This document shows positions 58,421-64,000 of a stretch of DNA of 64,000 nucleotides, one piece after another (the first letter of the stretch is position 1; the number at the start of each line of letters is the position of its first letter). The notes below the pieces were generated by a model, which saw only the letters and a list, made by a program, of their open reading frames with translations, did not search any database and was not told the DNA's origin. The stretch lies in contig JAQTVM010000005.1 of the NCBI GenBank assembly GCA_028706745.1, positions 5,165-69,164 of the forward strand. The letters are read 5' to 3'. The DNA is from Candidatus Nanoarchaeia archaeon. GTDB lineage: Archaea; Nanobdellota; Nanobdellia; SCGC-AAA011-G17; GW2011-AR17. The translations under genes and the position numbers were made by a program.

Positions 58421-61400
58421 TTACCTAAATGTTGAATCTGTTTTCTGCAATTGTTTTAGTATGGCATATATTGTAAGTATTCCTGGTCTTGTCTGCCTTA
58501 TAATTGTGCCACATGGCTCTGAAGTGCTCCTTAATGTGCAGCTTTTGTATGTGTAAATAGTATATCTACCCCCGTCTTTCTCTCCTGTTTCAGTTGCGCA
58601 AGCACTGATTTGGTTTGAATTGCAGTGTGATTCCCCTCCCTCTATGCTAAATCCGGCTGGTTCTTGTCCTTTATTATAAACCTTTATGCTGCAGCAACCT
58701 TTTGGTTCTCTTCCTGTTTCCAGAGTTGCATCTGTAATGCAGTTGGGGTTGCAATTCATGCTCATGCAGTCAAGCCCTGTTTTCCACATGCTATCTGAAT
58801 GGTAAGCATCAAAATAAGTTGTAACCTGATACGAGACATCTGGGCACTTCCCGGGTGCTCCGCCATATTTCCAAAATGCATTTTTTATTGTTTCAATATC
58901 ATTTGATTCTATTTTGCTTGTTCTTGCTTTTTGCAGCAGTAAACTTGCTCCGCATTCCAAGTCATTTTTTTGTGTTGCCCCATCATTGCATGCAGAGCAT
59001 CTTGAGCCGTCGTTATTGTTGCATAAAGGCCCCCCGTTAAGTATGCTTGATGTTGTTCTTGCCCCGCCTTCCCTAAGGTGCAATGCAGCGAGCATTTCCC
59101 ATGGCAGTCTGTCTCCTGCAACTTCTTTATATAAGGGGATTAAATTTTTATTTATCCCATTTTTTACAAATTCAACAGTTCTTGTATTTGTCATATCTAC
59201 TTTTGAAAGATCATTGACTTTGGCTTTTGGATCATCGCAGCTCAATGCTGTTATTTGCGGGCATGCGCCCTGTACTGGAATTGTGGATTCTTCTTCAGTT
59301 GTAGTAGTGCTGCTCGTGGTTGTTGCCCTTCTCTCCACTTCCACGCACTGCCCGTTCGTGTTGTATTTGCAGCTTTTTCCTTCGCCTACTTTGCTGGTGC
59401 ATGCCTCATTCTCGCAGGCAGTCTTATCTCCATTGAAAGCAGAGCAGGATTCTGCCTTTATGCAGGCGCGGCAATAGTTCAGCACATATGCATTTGCAAG
59501 AACAGTATTTACAGGCACTGCATAGCAATCCCCCTGATTATGGCAGTCTCTTTTGCTGCAAAGCGCCGTCCCGCAGTCATTGCACTTATTCTCCTCAATC
59601 TGCGCCTGCTGCCCGGCTTCTTCTTCAGAAACCGCCACCTTGAAAACAAAAGGCTCATTCATATTGAATGAAGTCTGGTAAAGCGTTTCAAATTTCTCTG
59701 CATATTGATTGTATACTGCTTCGTCAACAGTAAGCGTGCTGCGCAATTCAGCAAGATTATTCTTGTAAACATCATACAGCTCTGTGACTTTTTCCTGGTA
59801 CTCATTGACAAAAGCAGCCGGCAGTTCCTGTCCACTCATGTAAGGCGCAACATTCTGGTCAAACTCATCAAGGTACATGAAGTACAATGCTTCCAGGTCA
59901 TATTCAAACTTGTCAAGCAGCCTTGAAAATTCCCTTCTTGGGTCTTTCTGCGCGCAGTCTTTTGCAGCCTTGTCCATCAGCTCGGCATACCTGAAGCCTG
60001 CCTCTGCTGAAATCTTTGGCGTTATTGTCCTTGTTTCAAGGTATTTGTAAGCAGACATTGCATTTGCAATGCCGTCACAGGCATCAGTTGAAATCTTTTC
60101 AATCCTTCTTAATTCAGCCATGCTTTCCTCATATTCAAGCACGTCAATGCCCATCTCCTCGCGAAGAGACCTAAATCCAATTTCGTCCAAATGATCGGAA
60201 ACTTCCTGCATTCTGTCAGCGTCATTAATGCTGACTGTCCTTATGTCAATCCAGCACTTGCCCATGCTTCTTCCTGTTGAGTCTTTTCCGCAGGTTCCGA
60301 CTTCTCTCCAGTCAGTCGGGTTCGTGCCCTGCCCCGGGTTCTGCAGCGAGCATACCCTCTGTACCCCCGAGCTTAGCAATCCTGAGCTTGAAGGCGTAGG
60401 AATGCTTCCCAGTGTCGGGCTTGTGCGGGGTGAAGATGCAATGCAGTCTTCTTCAGAATCTATCTGCCTTTGCGCCTCATCCTGCACAATCATGTCTGAA
60501 AGATAATCCAAGGCAAAGTCAGTGCTTACCTTGCCAAATCCGCATTCAGTGTTTCCGTTTAATGTAATGCAGACATTATCATATCCTGTTGGCGCAATGC
60601 AGTCCAGATTAAAAGATGCAATGCCTCCTTTGTCAATTGAGCCCTGCCTTCCTTCGCACCTTTCTGTAACATATCTTACATCATTTGTGATGGAATTTTT
60701 CAAAAACACTGAATATGTGGCGGGATTGTCTTCTCCTGCATATATGTGGTAAAACACACCGTACCTTGAAAGCTGCTGCGTGTCTGAATAGCTTGTTTCA
60801 TCAACAAATACAGTGTATTGCGGAGGTGATTCAGGCTGCGCAAGCTCGTCAAAGAATTCGCCGAATGCAGGCACTTTTCCGAATATTGCCTGCTTGCATA
60901 TTTCAGTGCCTATCTCTGCAGTGCTTCTTGATTCATATGATGCAAACGCGCTTGTTGCATATTCTGAAGTGAAGAATGAAACAGAATCCTCAACATTCTG
61001 TATGCTTGACTCAAATGTAAGGTATTCTCCCCCTCCCTGCTCTTCGCCCATGAATGTTTGTGAAATCCAGTTGAATATTCCGCCTTTCATGTTTATTATT
61101 GCCATCGCCTCTTTCCAAACCAATTCGCAGATGAACACTGAGCGTATCTTGTCGCAGATTCCAACTGAAACACCCTGCACCTGCGCTGTCTTGAGGCATT
61201 CAACATACCCTCTCAGAACAGATTTTATGTTCTGCAGTCCTGCCAATACTCCTGTGAGGCATATCGGCACAGGCTCGTAAGGTATGTCAAAGTTATGTAA
61301 TCCCAAGACAATTGAGCCAATCAATCCTGTCTGCACAACATCATTAACCTGCCACGCTCCGCCCATATTGAATCTTGAAGGCGGGCACATCACAGGGTCG

Positions 61401-63994
61401 CATACGCCGAACAGCATCCTGCAGTCATCCGGGTCCATCACGTCATAGCACGTTGCGCTGCTTCTTGAAGCATCAGTGTTTGCTCTTGAAGTGCTTACCC
61501 CAAAGTCCCTTCCGCCAATGCTTAGCACCTGCCCTTCAGAATGTCTTCCCACCCTGCTTGCTTCCTCAACAAGCCTTCTGTGAAGGGATTCTGATTCAGG
61601 TCTTTCAAGCATGCTTTGGTGCTGTACAAGAATGTCATCATCAGTGCATAACAATCCGTCAGTCCCCACATTCCACTGCTGTATCACGCTCGGGCTTCCG
61701 TCCTGGTAAAAGTCAAGTATCTTTACAAAATTTCCGTTTCCTGAGGGTATGCAGTATGGCTTGCCGTCAGGGTAAAACTCGGCAGTTGCCTGCGGGCTGT
61801 AAGCCGGGTTTTGCTCTGCTGTTGAATAAGCAGTTGTCATTGCGACATAAAGCCTGCCTTCGCCGTCAACATACACATTGCCCTGGTTTGTCCTTAATGG
61901 TGCATTGGGGTTGCCTTCATAAGCTGATTCAACCCTCTGCGCTTCTTCTATAAACTGCTCTTTAAGCTCTTCAGTCATTCCTTCAAGATATCTTGGGCTT
62001 TCAGTGCTTGTTGCATCTGCAATCCCTTTCTGGTAATCATTGACAGTCGCTTCCTGCAGTATTATTCTTCCGTGCGGAGTGTTTGAGTAAAGTTGCCTTC
62101 CTTCCCTTCTGATTGTTGAAAGCGGCGTTACTCCTATCGCTTCAATAAGCGGGAAATCTCCTGACCTTGCGTCGGGCTCTGCAAGGTGCGACTCATATAA
62201 ATCAGAGAACAATATTGACTTGTCCTGTTCGCTTAATGTGCCGAAGTCTCCATAATGCGCATCAACATCGCTCACAGCTGCAAGATAAGCATCAAGCTTT
62301 TCCGCATTTCCCATATGCATTGATGAAAGCTGGGTGTCAACTTCTCCTCTGAGATTATATTCGTATCCGTCTCCGCTCGGCTCGCCGTTAAGGCTGCTGT
62401 AGCCTGATGACTGCCTCATAATCTGCCAGTACCTGTAGTCCCTTAATTGTTCTGGCGAGTACAAGTCACTGCCCATGTAATCCTCATATTCCCTTAAATC
62501 AGTGTATTGCGATGTAAGGTCCCTGTACCAGGGCTGGCTTTTGTAATCTTCCATCTCATCATTTACTGTTTCAATTGCATCCTGCGAATCGTCTATTGTT
62601 GTTTCTATCTCATCTGAATTTTCAATTACGCATTCATTGTAATCATCATACATCCTGCCTTCACCGCTGTTCTGCCTGCAGTAAGCGTCCCATCCTGAAT
62701 TTCCGTCAGGTCCGTGCATTGCAAGCCTTCTTGCCTGCGTTCTTGCCATACCGCTGAAGAATGAATTCTTCAAAGTAAGATATGCAAATGTCACGAGGCA
62801 GACTTTTTTCCATACAGTCACAACATCAGTAAGTGTTGTTATCACTTCATCCAAATCTTCTATGACTGCCTGCGTTGAATTTATCTTGCTGCTTATTTCG
62901 TCAGGAGTCCATTGAATAGCCCTCTTTTCAATCGGAATGTGTACTGAGAAGTTTGTGTTGCTTACCAAAGGCGCGCCTGTTCCGGGGATTACAGTGACGA
63001 TTGCATATTTTTTCAGGTCAACTGATTTCAGTTTTGCGGTTTTGTATGAACTGCCGTAGTCAAGCCTGACATCTGAACCCATCGGCAGTGCTTTTACATT
63101 TGTCCTGTATCCTCTCGGGGCAGTGTCCCTGTATTTTTTCTCTATTATGACTGATTCAGAGCTTATGTCCCTGACAATCCAGTTGTACTTTCTTTCAACC
63201 CCGTCCTCTCCTGTCTCTGCGATGTCCATTGCAAACAGGTTGTTTCCGGAGCTGAGCTTTTTTGTTCCTTCAGCTTCCACTTCAATGGTTGCAGAAGGCT
63301 TATCCTCATTCTCAAAAGGCATGTCAAGCACCATAACCCTTATTGAAACGCCGTTGTCCTCAAACTCTCCAATCTTGTACCTTGAGTGCAGTTTTGCATC
63401 CTCTTCAAGTTCAGTGATTCTTGATTTTGCAAGCGGTATGAATTCTCCGAGATTATTCTTGATTGACAGCCTGTAATACTTTAATGCAGTTTCAGTGTCG
63501 CCAAGCCAATAATATATTTCACCAAGCTTGTAATTCGCCCTGTCTTCATAAAATATCCCTTTGTCATCCTTTATCCCGAAGTAAAGCTCAGCCACTCTTT
63601 TGTATTCTTCCGCAGCTGTGCAGTAAACCATCTCCTGAGTTGATGATTTTATTATCTCAAGCCACTGCTCTGCAGTATCGCCTTCCCTGAACATGATTAC
63701 CTTGTTTTTGCAGATTCCCTCGCCTGCTCCTGCCGCAATGGTGGCTCTTATTGTCTCTGCAGGCATTTCAGTTGCAACAATTCCGCTTTCGCAGCACTTG
63801 TACCAAGCAGCGCTGTTTGAAAGGCATTTGCCTGCAACAAAAGATGCTTTTTCTTCCATTGTGTCATCTGCATAACAAGTAAGAGTCCTGCTGTCAGCGC
63901 ACATTCCGCCTGCTGATTCGCATTCTTCGTCGCCTGCCGCAATTCCGGTGCTTTGCGTTGCTATTCCATAAGATGCCTGTGTTTCTTCCTGCAC
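58421..63994 (-). CDS. Giant Cys-rich secreted protein (>1857 aa). Its 5' end likely lies beyond the window.
   Basis: It is an uninterrupted ORF. It has many Cys clusters (CNDCGTALCSKRDCHNQGDC) and a Thr-rich linker TTTSSTTTTEEE. No stop was found upstream of the first M before the window end. Confidence 0.6.
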   Translation of the reverse strand: MQEETQASYGIATQSTGIAAGDEECESAGGMCADSRTLTCYADDTMEEKASFVAGKCLSNSAAWYKCCESGIVATEMPAETIRATIAAGAGEGICKNKVIMFREGDTAEQWLEIIKSSTQEMVYCTAAEEYKRVAELYFGIKDDKGIFYEDRANYKLGEIYYWLGDTETALKYYRLSIKNNLGEFIPLAKSRITELEEDAKLHSRYKIGEFEDNGVSIRVMVLDMPFENEDKPSATIEVEAEGTKKLSSGNNLFAMDIAETGEDGVERKYNWIVRDISSESVIIEKKYRDTAPRGYRTNVKALPMGSDVRLDYGSSYKTAKLKSVDLKKYAIVTVIPGTGAPLVSNTNFSVHIPIEKRAIQWTPDEISSKINSTQAVIEDLDEVITTLTDVVTVWKKVCLVTFAYLTLKNSFFSGMARTQARRLAMHGPDGNSGWDAYCRQNSGEGRMYDDYNECVIENSDEIETTIDDSQDAIETVNDEMEDYKSQPWYRDLTSQYTDLREYEDYMGSDLYSPEQLRDYRYWQIMRQSSGYSSLNGEPSGDGYEYNLRGEVDTQLSSMHMGNAEKLDAYLAAVSDVDAHYGDFGTLSEQDKSILFSDLYESHLAEPDARSGDFPLIEAIGVTPLSTIRREGRQLYSNTPHGRIILQEATVNDYQKGIADATSTESPRYLEGMTEELKEQFIEEAQRVESAYEGNPNAPLRTNQGNVYVDGEGRLYVAMTTAYSTAEQNPAYSPQATAEFYPDGKPYCIPSGNGNFVKILDFYQDGSPSVIQQWNVGTDGLLCTDDDILVQHQSMLERPESESLHRRLVEEASRVGRHSEGQVLSIGGRDFGVSTSRANTDASRSSATCYDVMDPDDCRMLFGVCDPVMCPPSRFNMGGAWQVNDVVQTGLIGSIVLGLHNFDIPYEPVPICLTGVLAGLQNIKSVLRGYVECLKTAQVQGVSVGICDKIRSVFICELVWKEAMAIINMKGGIFNWISQTFMGEEQGGGEYLTFESSIQNVEDSVSFFTSEYATSAFASYESRSTAEIGTEICKQAIFGKVPAFGEFFDELAQPESPPQYTVFVDETSYSDTQQLSRYGVFYHIYAGEDNPATYSVFLKNSITNDVRYVTERCEGRQGSIDKGGIASFNLDCIAPTGYDNVCITLNGNTECGFGKVSTDFALDYLSDMIVQDEAQRQIDSEEDCIASSPRTSPTLGSIPTPSSSGLLSSGVQRVCSLQNPGQGTNPTDWREVGTCGKDSTGRSMGKCWIDIRTVSINDADRMQEVSDHLDEIGFRSLREEMGIDVLEYEESMAELRRIEKISTDACDGIANAMSAYKYLETRTITPKISAEAGFRYAELMDKAAKDCAQKDPRREFSRLLDKFEYDLEALYFMYLDEFDQNVAPYMSGQELPAAFVNEYQEKVTELYDVYKNNLAELRSTLTVDEAVYNQYAEKFETLYQTSFNMNEPFVFKVAVSEEEAGQQAQIEENKCNDCGTALCSKRDCHNQGDCYAVPVNTVLANAYVLNYCRACIKAESCSAFNGDKTACENEACTSKVGEGKSCKYNTNGQCVEVERRATTTSSTTTTEEESTIPVQGACPQITALSCDDPKAKVNDLSKVDMTNTRTVEFVKNGINKNLIPLYKEVAGDRLPWEMLAALHLREGGARTTSSILNGGPLCNNNDGSRCSACNDGATQKNDLECGASLLLQKARTSKIESNDIETIKNAFWKYGGAPGKCPDVSYQVTTYFDAYHSDSMWKTGLDCMSMNCNPNCITDATLETGREPKGCCSIKVYNKGQEPAGFSIEGGESHCNSNQISACATETGEKDGGRYTIYTYKSCTLRSTSEPCGTIIRQTRPGILTIYAILKQLQKTDSTFR

Positions 63995-64000
63995 CCACCT

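Overview
The window reads as a streamlined archaeal (DPANN-like) chromosome segment. Archaeal housekeeping genes include LSm and r-protein L37e, r-protein S8e, aRF1 with a GGQ motif, Mre11, a short zinc-hook Rad50, ScpB, a class I aminoacyl-tRNA synthetase, IscS, a SPOUT methyltransferase, TatD and tRNA-Leu(UAG). They are interleaved with a large accessory load. (1) A giant surface-protein gene spans 1-7577 on the minus strand. It is absent from the supplied ORF track. It has one in-frame TAA at 5790 and runs off the window start. It encodes a cytoplasmic N-domain, a TM anchor, an N-glycosylation-sequon repeat stalk, an ALK-like Gly-rich domain, LamG-like domains and beta-helix repeats. (2) A run of minus-strand accessory genes follows: an AAA+/DUF4143 ATPase and two AbiEi/AbiEii toxin-antitoxin pairs in mirror order. 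(3) Several single-gene units are each bracketed by 18-66 bp direct repeats that duplicate the ends of neighbouring genes, which suggests cassette-like insertions. These are two AAA+/DUF4143 ATPase genes, an ORF6N gene that separates mre11 from rad50, and a Fic gene. (4) An Avd-like four-helix-bundle gene sits between inverted arrays of 7-bp GTAGT repeats. (5) An AT-rich island carries a 34-aa peptide ORF followed 11 nt later by a radical-SAM/SPASM-methyltransferase fusion, a candidate RiPP system. (6) A ComF-like PRTase gene sits next to dprA. (7) An N-/O-glycosylation cluster holds three GT-C paralogs, a GT2, a GT4 and a thioredoxin-like protein. (8) Downstream of tRNA-Leu lies a codirectional block of two M64-like (HExxH...DEY) metallopeptidase paralogs, a membrane protein and a second giant Cys-rich secreted protein (>1857 aa). 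No CRISPR array or rRNA was seen. One tRNA was recognised. A second tRNA cannot be excluded from this hand scan. The standard genetic code fits throughout.
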